Source of the DNA: Malacoraja senta
Taxonomy: Eukaryota
Length of the DNA: 64,000 bases
NCBI GenBank assembly: GCA_038087875.1
Contig: CM075991.1
Coordinates: 2,170,001 to 2,234,000, forward strand
Reading direction: 5' to 3'
Shown here: positions 13,001-24,484 of the stretch, piece after piece
Layout of the letters: every line of letters starts with the position of its first letter
How positions within the stretch are numbered: the first letter of the stretch is position 1
Translations under genes and position numbers: made by a program
The notes under the pieces: generated by a model
Databases searched by the model: none
What the model saw: only the letters and a program-made list of their open reading frames with translations
Told to the model about the DNA's origin: nothing

Positions 13001-14239
13001 GATATCTTGATTACAGGGGTATCCAAGAGAACAGCTGAAGTAACCGGTGGTAGTTGTTAAATCCACTTTTCAAAGATTGGGCATTAATCATCCAGAGAAA
13101 TCCAAATTAACACCTGACTATTTGGGTCACAATTGATTCAATTAAGTGACTCTGCCCAGGGAGAAAGGGTAGAGCTAATTGACAGCTGTATCAAGCTAAT
13201 GGAGGCACTAAGGATACATTCTGGTCATTATAATAGACCCATGCAGTTATCAGCAGAGGCTGTTTCTGATTTGCAATGGTGGATTCACCAGGTGTCCAGT
13301 AGTTCGAGAAACTTAGTGCTTGAGCAGCCTTCCATGATTTTGCAGATGAATGTCAGTGCACTCGGGTGGGGTGTCACGGATGCGAGTTTCAGCTGTGGAG
13401 GCAGATGGACTGAGCAAGAGGCATCGCTTCTGCAGACATGGGGAATTAACTATAAAGAGCTTTTTATGGATAAGGCTTATTGCTCTAACAAAGGTAACCT
13501 GCATGTTCAGTTTCAGATTGACAATACTACGGCAGTGGCATATATATTAATCACATGGGTGGAATCACATGGGCGGCATCTTGTGACAGATTGGCTAATC
13601 AAATTTGGGCCTGGTGTATTGAGAAAGATATTTGGTTTTCAGCTATTTATCTACCAGGTAGATTCAACATAGTAGCAGACGCCAGGTCACGAAAGTTCCA
13701 TGACAACACAGATTGGATGTTGAACCAGGAGGTGTTCAATAATATAGTACTTATATATGAATGCCAGATATCGATTTGTTTTGCATCGAGGTTTAACCAC
13801 CAGCTGCCTAAATATGTTTCATGGGAACCAGACCAGGGGGCAGTTGCAATTGATGCTTTCTCGCTACATTGGGGTGGTATGTTTTTATATATTTTCCCAC
13901 CATTCTGCCTCATAGGTCAGAGTCTGCAAAAAATCAAGCAGGATGCCGCTTCGGGGGTGCTTGTAATACCTAATTGCCCGACTCAAGCTTGGTTCCCTTT
14001 GATGTTACAGTTAGCGATCCAACCTCCTTTGGTGGTTCCCAAGCATAGGAATTTACTGGAGCATCCGCTAACACGGGAAAGTCATCCGTTATGTGACCGT
14101 ATTTGACTTGTTAATTTGCAGATTTTCAGAAGGCGATACCTGGGGCGAGGACTGTCTGGGCGAACGGTGGACATGCTCACTGCAGCCTGGAGAAAGAGTA
14201 CTCAAAAGCGGTATATTACTTATGTAAAAAATGGGAACT
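10076..14239 (+). mobile_element. DIRS-type tyrosine-recombinase retrotransposon (gag-like ORF, RT, RNase H, MT-like domain, start of YR), decayed
   Basis: Gag-like PGNCELLEVPAVN..IW and LLFGDDL. RT GGTLHRFRDEWKQITSD, LKDA and YLDD (12992-13003). RNase H ALGWG, DNTTAVAYI, YLPGRFNIVADARSR. MT-like FASRFNHQLPKYVSWEPD..IDAF..W..FPPF. YR N-terminus AAWRKSTQKRYITY. Confidence 0.85.
11566..12381 (+). mobile_element. GC-rich non-coding retroposon with L2-like 3' tail and (TTA)n, inserted in DIRS
   Basis: Starts near CCAAGATGGC and ends tgtaaagcactttgg...gaaaatgtgctatataaataaac(tta)n. No LINE coding motifs were recognised. Confidence 0.6.
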
Positions 14240-14390
14240 AATTCTTGATTAGTACGGGTATCAGAGGATATGGGGAGAAGGCAGGAAAATAGGGTTAGGA
14301 GGGAGAGATAGATCAGCCATGATTGAATGGCGGAGTAGACTTGATGGGCCGAATGGCTTAATTCTACTTCGATCACTTATGACCTTATGA
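14240..14390 (+). mobile_element. CR1 3' end, right half of the copy split by DIRS
   Basis: attcttgattagtacggg...gggccgaatggc...ttatgaccttatga matches 63615-63765. Confidence 0.85.
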
Positions 14391-14659
14391 CTGAAGCACT
14401 TTTAAAATGTAAATTATAGCATTACATCCGTGCTTACATTGCCGAGTCCTCACGGTGTTGCACAGAAACAATGCAAGAATGTCACGACTTTAATATATAT
14501 GGCACCTGACGGGAATAAGTAAAATAAATAATCTCTGAGACATCTTGGCCTTGCCTCAGTGACTAGGCAGTGTTATTATGAATCGTTTATAGCTCTCTCA
14601 TGTATCAACAACTTTTCACGTAAAACAATCCTGTTAGTTTTACGTACACATCGGGAACT

Positions 14660-14868
14660 TTAGACTTTACTTTGGAAATACATGCACGGAAGCATGCCCT
14701 TCAGCCCATCAAGTTTGCTCCGACCTGCGATCACCCCATACACTAACACTATCCTACACTCTGTGGACAATTTACAATTTTACCAAAGACAATTAACTTA
14801 CAAACCTACACATCTTTGGAGTGTGGGAGGAAACCGGAGCACCCGGAGAAAATCCATGTGGTCACTCT
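14660..14868 (-). mobile_element. V-SINE (HE1-like) fragment
   Basis: Reverse complement of the V-domain (gggaggaaaccggagcacccggag) and CR1-like tail. Confidence 0.75.
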
Positions 14869-14877
14869 GCAGAAGAT

Positions 14878-15190
14878 ATCGAAATTGACAAGGCATCGAA
14901 ATTGACAAGGCATTGAAATTGACAAGGCATTGAAATTGACAAGCATTCCCCTCGTTCGACACTTAACTCTATTAAACAATGTTACATACACCCTTTAGGA
15001 TTTTTAGCTTGCGGTAACAAAAATACATTTTTAGCTGTTAAATAAGAAATTTGTATTTGAAAACACCTCCTTGTTTCACAGAATGACCACTAGGTGTTTG
15101 GAGTGAATCCCTTACATGGATATAGCAGACAATTGGCAATAATGGACACCATTCCCTTCCCAATGGTCGGTTATAACGAGGGTTTACTGT
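14878..15190. mobile_element. Probable pogo/Tigger-like MITE remnant containing a 17-bp x4 tandem repeat
   Basis: (cgaaattgacaaggcat)x4 at 14878-14947. Right end ataacgagggtttactg|ta resembles a CAGTAAACCCTCG TIR with TA. No left TIR was found. Confidence 0.45.
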
Positions 15191-15359
15191 ATAGATGGGT
15201 ACTGACTGCACAGAGAACCACTAGTGACCATATCGCATGGGAGGAAAGGGGAGGTGGGTGAATGAATAAGCCTCATATGAAGGAAACGGGAATATGTGGA
15301 AAAGGGAAAGGGAAAACCCGGAATTCATTGCAGGGATGAATAATAATTGGGGAGATTTG

Positions 15360-15610
15360 GGTGTCTGGCGCTGTCAGGCAACAACTCTACCACTGCCCCA
15401 CCGTACCACCCTAAGAGATTTACAGAGGCAGATTAACCTACAAACCTGCACGTCCGTGGGATGAGGGTGGAAACCGGAATACCCAGAGGAAGCACAGGTG
15501 GTCACAAGGAGAACGAGGAAACTCCACACAGACTGCATCCGAGGTCAGGATCATATCCAGATCTCTGGGGTTGTGAGGCAGCAGCTCTACCCGCTGCGCC
15601 ACTGTGCGGG
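15360..15610 (-). mobile_element. V-SINE fragments
   Basis: gcagcagctctacccgctgcgccactgtgc is the reverse complement of the tRNA-derived head. Confidence 0.7.
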
Positions 15611-16446
15611 GATGGGAAATGGACAGACGATATTTCTGGTCGGGACCTTTCTCCAGACTGATTTGGTAGTGATTTCCCATGGGGTTCACTGCCGAGGACT
15701 TCATAATGCAGAGAGCATTATAAACAGTGGAGCGATTCACCCTGGAAAGGGGGGAGACTTCTCTCTGAGTTGGACCCAGGAAACTGAAGCAGACTCACGT
15801 AGACTTAATATTTTCTTGAGGTTATTAACGACAGATAAATGGATGGGAAGGGTTTAGAGGGCTATGGGCCTCATGCAGGCAAATAGGACTACTACAAGAC
15901 GCCAACTTGGACGGCATGGGATTGACATGTTTTGTATTTTTCCTTTCTAAAGATGCAGTGTATTTTGGTGACTATTGCACACTGCAGACCAGAAGCGCCT
16001 TCAATACCCAGATATACCAGATCCACACAAAATCTTTTTTGGGGGCAACTGTTTATAATGCTCTCTGCATTATGAAGTCCTCGACAGTGAACCCCATGGG
16101 CAATCACTACCAAAGTGCCTGCCCACACAGTCAGTACACCTCTCCTACACTTGTCTCCCATACTAAGTCACCCCAACCCCCCCCCCTCCCCCCACTCCCC
16201 CCCCCCCCCCTCCGCCCCACCTTTCCGTCCCAACTCCAGTCCCGTCCCGACCCCCCTGGGAAACTGAAGGGAGCGACAATCAACTGCCACGGATACAAAT
16301 AATGTCATACACAAGAAAGGGCAGATGCTGGTTGACAAAAAGTGAACACAGTGCTGGAGTAACACAAAGACGCAGCAGAATTTTGGAAACGTCATCCTGT
16401 CACCCATTCCTTCTCTCGAGAGATGCTGCCTGTCCGGTGAGTTAAA

Positions 16447-16733
16447 GAGTGCCCACGGTAGACTCACGAGTCACTACGGTAAACTCACGGGCTACTACGT
16501 TCTTACAATGAGTTTAAAAGTTTAAAAATTTTACTTCAAGAGTAAATTTGACTCGTGGAAATCTTTCATCATGTTGAAAGATTTTCACGAGTTAACAAGT
16601 TTCCCGAGTACCTGCCGTTAGCGTTACGAGTTCCGACGTTCCCGCTACGTTAATTCTACGTGATTACCACGAGTTTGATTTGTTTTAAACTCGGGATCAC
16701 TCGTGGGCAGACTCGCACCGTAAGACAGGGCCA
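16447..16733. mobile_element. Harbinger/PIF-like MITE remnant with central palindrome
   Basis: Right TIR gtaagacagggcc. Near-perfect 42-bp palindrome actcgtggaaatctttcatcatgttgaaagattttcacgagt. Confidence 0.55.
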
Positions 16734-16734
16734 T

Positions 16735-17035
16735 TTGTTTAGTTTAGTTTTGTTTTGTTTAGTTTAGAGATACGGCACGGAAACAGGCCCTTCGGCCCAC
16801 CAAGTCCACACCGACCAGCGATCCTCACACACTAACACTATCCTACACATACTTGGGAAAATTTACATTTATACCAAGTCAATTAACCTACAAACCCGTA
16901 CGTCTTTGGAGTGCGGGAGGAAACCGACGATCTTGGAGAAAACCCAAGCTGGTCACGGGGAGAACGTACAAACTCCGTACAGTGAAGCACTCTGGTCTCT
17001 GGTGCTGTAAGTCAGTAGCTCTACTGCTACGCTAC
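16735..17035 (-). mobile_element. V-SINE (HE1-like)
   Basis: (TTTAG)n tail, ggaaacaggcccttcggccc, and V-domain. Confidence 0.85.
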
Positions 17036-18221
17036 CCTGGTGTTTGGATTTTAAACCTCTGCTCTAAAGCCCATTGTACACCACCACCACTGGGTCTGTG
17101 AAATATCCTTATCCAACGCTGCATCATGTAACAGAAGGCTTATCATTTTTTGGTAAATATATGTTCAGCTGAGAGTACAATGTGCTGAACAAATGCACCA
17201 TGTTGCTTTGGTATTTAATGTCCTTTGACAACTCAGGAACCTGTATCACGTCTACAAATTAAGAGTTAGTCACCAGCCCGATAACGAACAGTTCAAAAAC
17301 TTTCTGCTCAGTAAATCTTCTCAGTCACTGGGCAACCATCTACACGTCTGGACTTAGCAAATTGACGAGAGAGTATATCACATGCCTGCAGCTGCAGGGA
17401 GGTTGAAGTGTTAACCTGTTGGGTGAATTGCCATTCCATTCAGCAGAGGAAAGACCAATCGATCTTGTTTAAATTTGACTAATGAAACACAGTGAAGAAG
17501 TGCATAAAACAAGCTGGTGGACAAGCAGTGAGAGAACAAGTGGGCCTACAATGCATTAGATCGTGCTAACAGTAAGTCCTTCTAAACTTCAATATTAATT
17601 TTTACCGAAGATCGACACAAAATGCTGGAGGAACTCAGCGGGACAGGCAGCATCTCCGGAGAGAAGGAGAGAAGGAGAAGTGAGAATTCTCTGCCTCAGA
17701 GGGTGGTGGAGGCCGGTTCTCTGGATGTTTTCAAGAGAGAGTTAGATAAAGATAGCGGAGTCAAGGGATATGGGGAGAAGGCAGGAACGGGGCACTGATT
17801 GTGGATGATCAGCCATGATCACAATGAATGGCTCGAAGGGCCAAATGGCCTACTCCTGCACTTATTGTCTATTGTCTATTGAGTGGGTGACGTTTCGGGT
17901 CGAGACCTTCTTAGCGTAGCGGGTGCCTGGGGTTGGTGGTGGAGGTAGTTATGATAGTTTAATTTAAGAAGCCATTTGATAGATAAAAATGGATATGAAG
18001 TGCTGATGTAACTCAGCAGGTCAGGTGGCATCTCTGGAGAACATCTCTGGAGAACATGGCTAGGTGACTTCTTCAGACTGAGAGCCAGGGGAAAGAGAAA
18101 TGAGAGATACAGACGGTGATGCGGAGAGATATGGAACAAAATGGAGGAACAGCACCTCATATTCAACTTGGGTAACTTACTGTCCAATGGTATGAACTAT
18201 TGAACCTTTAGTAACACCCCA

Positions 18222-18392
18222 GATAGACACAAAATGTCAGCGGGACAGGCAGCATCTCTGGAGAAAAGGAATGGGTGACGTTTCGGGTCGAGACGGGTCT
18301 TAAGAAGGGTCTCGACCAGAAACGTCACCCATTCCTTCTTCTCCAGAGATGCTGCCTGTCCCTCTGAGTTACTCCAGCTTTTTGTGTCTATC
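18222..18392. mobile_element. Palindromic Penelope-derived mini-element (head-to-head terminal repeats)
   Basis: gatagacacaaaa...gggtgacgtttcgggtcgagac is followed by its reverse complement. Confidence 0.75.
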
Positions 18393-18472
18393 TGTGAGGA
18401 AAGGTTCATTGTTAGCTGAGACGAAGGTGACAAGTCACAATGAGGCATAAAATCAGTGACATTAATCAATAG

Positions 18473-19637
18473 CAAGGGTCCTATAGCGAGCAAGATAGTC
18501 CACTCCTGCTATATCCAATGGGCTGACGTGTAGTACGCAACAGAGCGGAAATTCGGCCTTTTCATCGGCCATTTCAGTAACCCGACCCGACTTTGTATAT
18601 CCCTCTCGCAGTGTAATCAGCGTTGCGGGGGAACAGTTTGTGTGTGTGACATAGGGTTAGATTCATAATTTTGTTAATTCATATTTCTGTTAAAGTTTGT
18701 TAAAGATTAATATGTTAACAAATTATGATTCTGTTAATTGTCTTTTTTAATGTTAAAAAAAAAATCTTTTTAAATGGCTCATGTGCTGTGTTTGCGTTGA
18801 TTTTTGTATTACACTTGCACTCTGTAATTCATCTAATCACACTGTTCACAACTGCAGTATTTGGAAACATAATAGCAATATGAAGATTCCAGTTGCCCTA
18901 CTCTTGGAATGTTCCTTAATGTTCCTTAATGGTTTTTTGTGTCCATGGAATTGTTTTTCAACAATAAAATGGGTTTGGTCTTCCCAATAGCCAGAGAGTG
19001 GAATGAGATTGGTCTGTAATGGTGGGGTTATCTAATTGAAGTATTTAACAAAATAAGATTTGTATTGAGCTAGATTAAAAAACAATGTATAACTTAAGGA
19101 TGGTTTTATTCAGCGACCATACAACTGATTAGATTGTGTAGGAAAGAAACACACATACACACACATATATGGATGTGATATAGATGTATATAATCATATA
19201 ACACACACATATATATTTCTCCAGATTTTTATATATAATGATAAACTTTATTTCGGACACAAGGCCCAGACAAGGGACAACATTACATAAAAACACATTG
19301 CAAACCTCCCCGCAACTTTACCCTGGCGTCCCAGCCGTGCTGATCCGGGCCAGACTTCCCACACGCTGTGGAAGGAACATAGGCATCTTTTTCCTTTTTG
19401 TTGTGAGCAGAAAGAAAATAAGGAGAAGATTTTTACCAAAGATCTTTGATTTTTACGAGGATGTTTCCGTAAACGGCTTCCTTCTCCGCACTAGTATCTT
19501 TGTCCGCTAATGGGATCTTTGGTGTGGAGACGGAAGCCGGTTACGGAAATGGGGCTGAAGATTACCCATGACTCTGCCCGTGACCCTACTACGGCTTTTT
19601 CGTCGAGTGGACTATCTTGCTCGCTATAGGATCCTTG
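18473..19637. mobile_element. Non-autonomous DNA transposon with 33-bp TIRs
   Basis: caagg(g/a)tcctatagcgagcaagatagtccactc at 18473-18505 and inverted at 19605-19637 (1 mismatch). No TSD was found. Confidence 0.8.
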
Positions 19638-19808
19638 GTGAAGCCCTCTGTGAAGTGATCTTGCGGCCTGCATAAATGTAGGTGTAGTTTTACTGAATGT
19701 GGAAGGTCACACGAGATGAAGTACTTCATGTTGGTGAAGCCACACCCAGAGTAAACATCAGCAGTTTAGGGAGAGAAAGTTAGCAAGCTGGCTGGTCGGA
19801 AATAAGCA

Positions 19809-20485
19809 AAATGGAGGAACAGCACCTCATATTCAACTTGGGTAACTTACAGTCCAATGGTATGAACTATTGAATTTTAGATAACCTTTAGTAACACCCC
19901 AGATAGACACAAAATGTCAGCGGGACAGGCAGCATCTCTGGAGAAATGGAATGGGTAATGTTTTGGGCCGGGACCCTTCTTCAGACTGAGAGTCAGGGGA
20001 GGGGATGAGTAGAGATATAGAGGGGTAAGGTGTGAAAATGAAAGATCAAAGCAGACGATGGTGAGGAAACGTAGTAGAAAGGAAAACTGCATATATTGAT
20101 TTAAACCGAGATAGACACAAAAAGCTGGAGTAACTCAGGGGAACAGGCAGCATCTCTGGAGAGAAGGAATGGGTGACGTTTCTGAGTCGAGACGGGTCTG
20201 AAGAAGGCTCTCGACCCGAAATGTCACCCATTCCTTCTCTCGAGATATGCTGCCTGTCCCTATGAGTTACTCCAGCTTTTTGTGTCCATCTGTGAGGAAA
20301 TGTAGAACGGTTCATTGTTAGCTGAGGCGAAGGTGACAATGAGGCATAAAATCAGTGACATTAATCAAAAGGACAATGCAACTAGTTGGAGACCTAGGGT
20401 GGTGGAGGGACAGAGAGAGAGAGAGGAAGCAAGGGTTACTTGAAGTTAGAAAACACATTTCATACCACTGGGTTGTAAGCTGCAC
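19809..20485. mobile_element. Penelope-derived fragments including palindromic unit 20110-20290
   Basis: Same terminal repeat. Includes gaggaacagcacctcatatt.., from the GIY-YIG C-terminal region also seen near 28020. Confidence 0.7.
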
Positions 20486-20929
20486 AAGCGAACATTAACA
20501 ACACCACCCCACCCTCCTCCTTTCTCCCCCACCCCCCGTTTCTCCCCCCCCCCACTTCCCCGTGGCCCACCTGGACATTTACCTTATAACTCCCCTCCTC
20601 CCTACATTCCTTCATCTGGCTTCACAATTCACACAATTCACAGCTCTTCAATTCTTTTGTCCACACCATTTTTTTAATCTCCACCCTTTGTCCAAACAAA
20701 TCTGCCAATCAAAAATCCTTGTCTGTGTTCACCTATTACAGCGAGGCATGTCCGACCCCTCCTCCCTTCCAACTTTCTCTTGTTGCCTATCCATCATCTG
20801 CTTGACCTGCTACGTTCCTCCAGCACTTTGTGTCTTTTTCTCAAGATTCCAGCATCCGCAGTTCTCCGTGTCGAGTGCCAAACTCTTAATCCATTCCGAA
20901 CATCGGTCTCCACCTTCAGTGTCACTGGG

Positions 20930-22860
20930 ATAGGGGTGAGGGATAAAGAGGAGGGGGGTTTAGGAGGATGTCACGGCTGTGTTCAGAGGTGACATTACGG
21001 ATGGTTCGTCTAGTGAGGCTGTATGTGTGGAGCTGAGGAACAAGAAAGGGATGATCACCTTGTTGGGGGTGTACTACAGACCCCCGAATAGTCAACGGAA
21101 ATTAGAAGAACAAATATGCCAGGAGATTGCAGACAGTTGCAGGTCAAATAAGGTTGTTTTTAGTAGGGGACTTTAACTTTCCCAATATAGACTGGGAAAT
21201 TCATGGCATGAAGGGTTTAGATGGGGTGCAATTACTCAAAAGTGTTCACGAGAGTTTTCTCAAGCAGTATGTGGAGGCCCCCACATGTGAGAGGGCAACA
21301 CTGGATCTAGTATTGGGAAATTGGAAGAACAAGTTAATGAAGTGTGTGTGGATGAGCCTTTTGGGACCAGTGACCACAGTTCGATTAGCGTTGAGATAGT
21401 TATGGATTGGGACGGAGAGGGTCCACGTGTTAAAATGCTCAACTGGGGTAAGACCAACTTTGAGGGTATGAGAGAAGGTCTCACTCAAGTTAACTGGAGC
21501 AGGTTATTAGAGGGGAAAGGAACATCGGCCAAGTGGGATGTTTTTAAAAGTGTACTGAAGAGAGCTCAGGATGTGTACGTCCCCGTTAGAGTGAAGGGCA
21601 AAGCAGGCAAACGTAAGGAAGCTTGGCTGACGAGAGGAATGGAAACAAGAAGAATGCATGGGACAGGTGTAGGCAGCTAGGATCAAGTACATCCCTGGAG
21701 GAGTTTCGGGAACTAAGGAATAAACTATAAAAGGAAATCAAAAGGGCAAAAATGGGCCAGGAAATAGCTCTGGCGGGTAGCATCAAGGAAAATCACAAAA
21801 TATTTTATAAATACTCTACAAAAGGGGGAAAGGGGTAACTAGAGAGAGAGGGGGATCTCTGAAGAATCAAAGCAGTAACCTCCGTGTGGAGCCACAGGAG
21901 CAAGGTCCTCAATGAGTATTTCTCCTCTATATTTACCGAGGAGAAATAGGATGGAGAAAATTGGAGCAGTCACTGGAAGTGTCTTGAGAGCAGTCATGGT
22001 TCCTTGAAGGTCGAGTCGCAGGTAGATGAGGTGGTCAAAAAGACTATTGGCACTTTGGACTTCATCAGTCAGAGTATTGAGTATAGAAGTTGGGAGGTCA
22101 TGTTGCAGTTGTATAAGACGTTGGTGAGAACGCATTTAGAATATTGTGTTCAGTTCTGGGCACCATGTTATAGGAATGATATTGTCAAGCTTGAAAGTGT
22201 TCAGAAAAGATTTACAAGAATGTTGCCAGGACTAGAGGGTGTGAGCTATAGGGAAAGGTTGAGTAGGCTGGGACTCTATTCTTTGGAGCGCAGGAGGATG
22301 AGGGGAGATCTAATAGAGGTACACAAAATCATGAGAGGAATAGATCGGGTAGATGCACAGAGTCTTTTGCCCTGAGTATGGGAATCGAGAACCAGAGGAC
22401 ATAGGTTCAAGGTGAAGGGGAAAAGATTTAATAGGAATCTGAGGGGTAACGTTTTCACACAAAGGGCGGTGGGTGTATGGAACAAGCTGCCAGAGGAGGT
22501 AGTTGATGCTGGGAATATCCCATCATTTAAGAAGCAGTTGGGGTCAAGGAAAGAGCGTTCATGTCGCAGCCCTATTTCCACCAATCTTTCCACCACCACG
22601 CACAAGAATCGCAAGACAGACACCATTGTATGCAGATGCCGAGAAGCGTGCTCAGCTCTGGCTGAACAACTTCTAATCTTGTGTTTGGACCCGATAAGAA
22701 GAAGAAGAAACAGTTAGATAGGTACATGGATAGGACAGATTTGGAGGGATATGGACCAAGCGCAGGCAAGTGGGACTGGTGTAGCTGGGACATGTTGGCC
22801 AGTGTGGGCAAGTTGTGCCGAAGGGTCTGTTTCCACACTGTATCACTCAATGACTCTATC
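20930..22860 (+). mobile_element. CR1 LINE with endonuclease region, internal deletion near 21995, and 3' end
   Basis: Endonuclease motifs GVYYRPPNS, GDFNFPNIDW, LDLVLGN and GTSDH, then LVRTHLEYCVQFWAP and the CR1 tail. Confidence 0.9.
22540..22704 (+). mobile_element. Short retroposon 3' fragment with (AAG)n tail
   Basis: Flanked by a near-TSD aagaa(g/a)cagtt (22529-22539 and 22705-22715) inside CR1. Confidence 0.6.
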
Positions 22861-23197
22861 TAATTGGAGAAGGACAAACTTTGGCGTGCACCCAACAATT
22901 GTTGGAGTTTCAATGCAAGGAAATATGTGCAGCTAAAGGCTGTTGTTTGGTACGTTTTTAGGTTCCCGCAGAGAGATGAGCTAAGGTTTGATACAGATGT
23001 CACAAGCACTGTTTGGAGAAAGGATGCAGCCTCACGCTCTCCTGTTAATGAACACTTTTAAATTTTATTTATCAAAACTATATTTATTTAATTATTTATG
23101 ATAATATTTACAAAACAAACAATACCCACACACCTACCACCATAATACAAAGTTACCAAATATTCTTATTACTAAATATTAAATGATTATTACTAAG

Positions 23198-23460
23198 GGC
23201 GGCACGGTGGCGCAGTGGTAGAGTTGCTGCCTCACAGCATCCTGACTACTGGTGCTGTCTGGAAGGGTTTTCTCCAGGTGCTGCGGTTTGCTCCCACACT
23301 CCAAAGATGTGCGGGTTTGTAGGTTAATTGGCTTCGGTAAAGATTGTAAATTGTCCCTAGTGTGTAGGATTGTGCTAGTGTGCGGGGATCGCTGGTTGTT
23401 GCGGACTGGGTGGGCCGAAGGGCCTGTTTCTGCACTGTATCTCTAAACTAAACTAAACTA
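23198..23460 (+). mobile_element. V-SINE (HE1-like)
   Basis: Head ggcacggtggcgcagtggtagagttgctgcc, V-domain, tail gggccgaagggcctgtttc...(TAAAC)n. Confidence 0.85.
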
Positions 23461-23926
23461 CAATCCTGATCCAGGATTCAGTTAACCCCCTGCGGTGCCC
23501 AGCGGTCCCGGAAATCTCCCATGTTGCCCGCAGACATAACGTGTTCATTCTCACAGGACATGCAGGCACTGACGTAACCCAGGAAAAGGGGCAGGCAGTC
23601 GGCTCGGACACTGAGGGGTGACAAGACAGCACCCGTAGTCGGGACACTGGCCCTGTGTCACGAACCCTCAAGATAATGACTGTGGAATGTTTGGGATTGA
23701 ACATCTAATGACGTAGTGTACATACTACAAGCACACATTGACTCATCTGGCCACTGTGAATAAGCACAATACAATGGACCACACTGTGTAACTATGTGAT
23801 TTATTAATAGGGATGAAGTATGAACGGGGATGGGAAATAAATGCTTCCCTTCCCGTGTCACGGAGATCGCTAGAATGAATTTTAAAATTCTTTGTGGAAA
23901 ATGGACCCGATTGGGATAATAAGCAA

Positions 23927-24378
23927 AGGCACGGTGGCGCAGCGGTAGAGTTGCTGCCTTACAGCGCTTGCGGCGCTGTAGACCTGGGTTCGATCCCGAC
24001 TACAGGCGCTGTCTGTACGGAGTTTGTACATTCTCCCCCGTGACTGCGTGGGTTTTCTCTGTGGGAGATTCTTGGACCAGAGGCCGTAGCCTCAGAAGAA
24101 AAGGACGTTCCTTTAGAAAGGAGATGAGGAGGAATTTCTTTAGCCACTGGCTGGTGAATCTGTGGAATGCATTGCCACAGACGGCGGTGGAGACCAAGTC
24201 AATGGATATCTTTAAGGCGGTGATTTACTGAGTCTTCATTAGTATGGGAGTCAAGGGTTTTGGGGAGAAGGCAAGAAAATGGGGTTGAGAGGGAAAGATG
24301 GATCAGTCATGATTGAATGGCAGAGTAGATTTAATGGGCCGAATGGTCTAATTCTGCTCCTGGAACTTGTGAACTTCT
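23927..24378 (+). mobile_element. V-SINE 5' part fused to a CR1 3' fragment
   Basis: SINE A/B boxes to about 24060, then gtgggaga...ggaccagagg CR1 sequence. Confidence 0.75.
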
Positions 24379-24484
24379 AGAATCATAGAGTCGTAGAGTC
24401 ATGCAGTATGGAAACAGGCCCTTTGGCCCAACTCGTCCACACCGGCCAACATGTCCCAGCTACACTAGTCCCAACTGCCCGCCC

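Noticed and set aside
14878..14947. 17-bp direct repeats as a possible CRISPR-like array
   Set aside because: No spacers and a vertebrate context; a simple tandem repeat.
17235..17360. Faint resemblance to an RGS-domain helix (FKNFL..NHLHVW)
   Set aside because: Too short and interrupted by stops to support a call.
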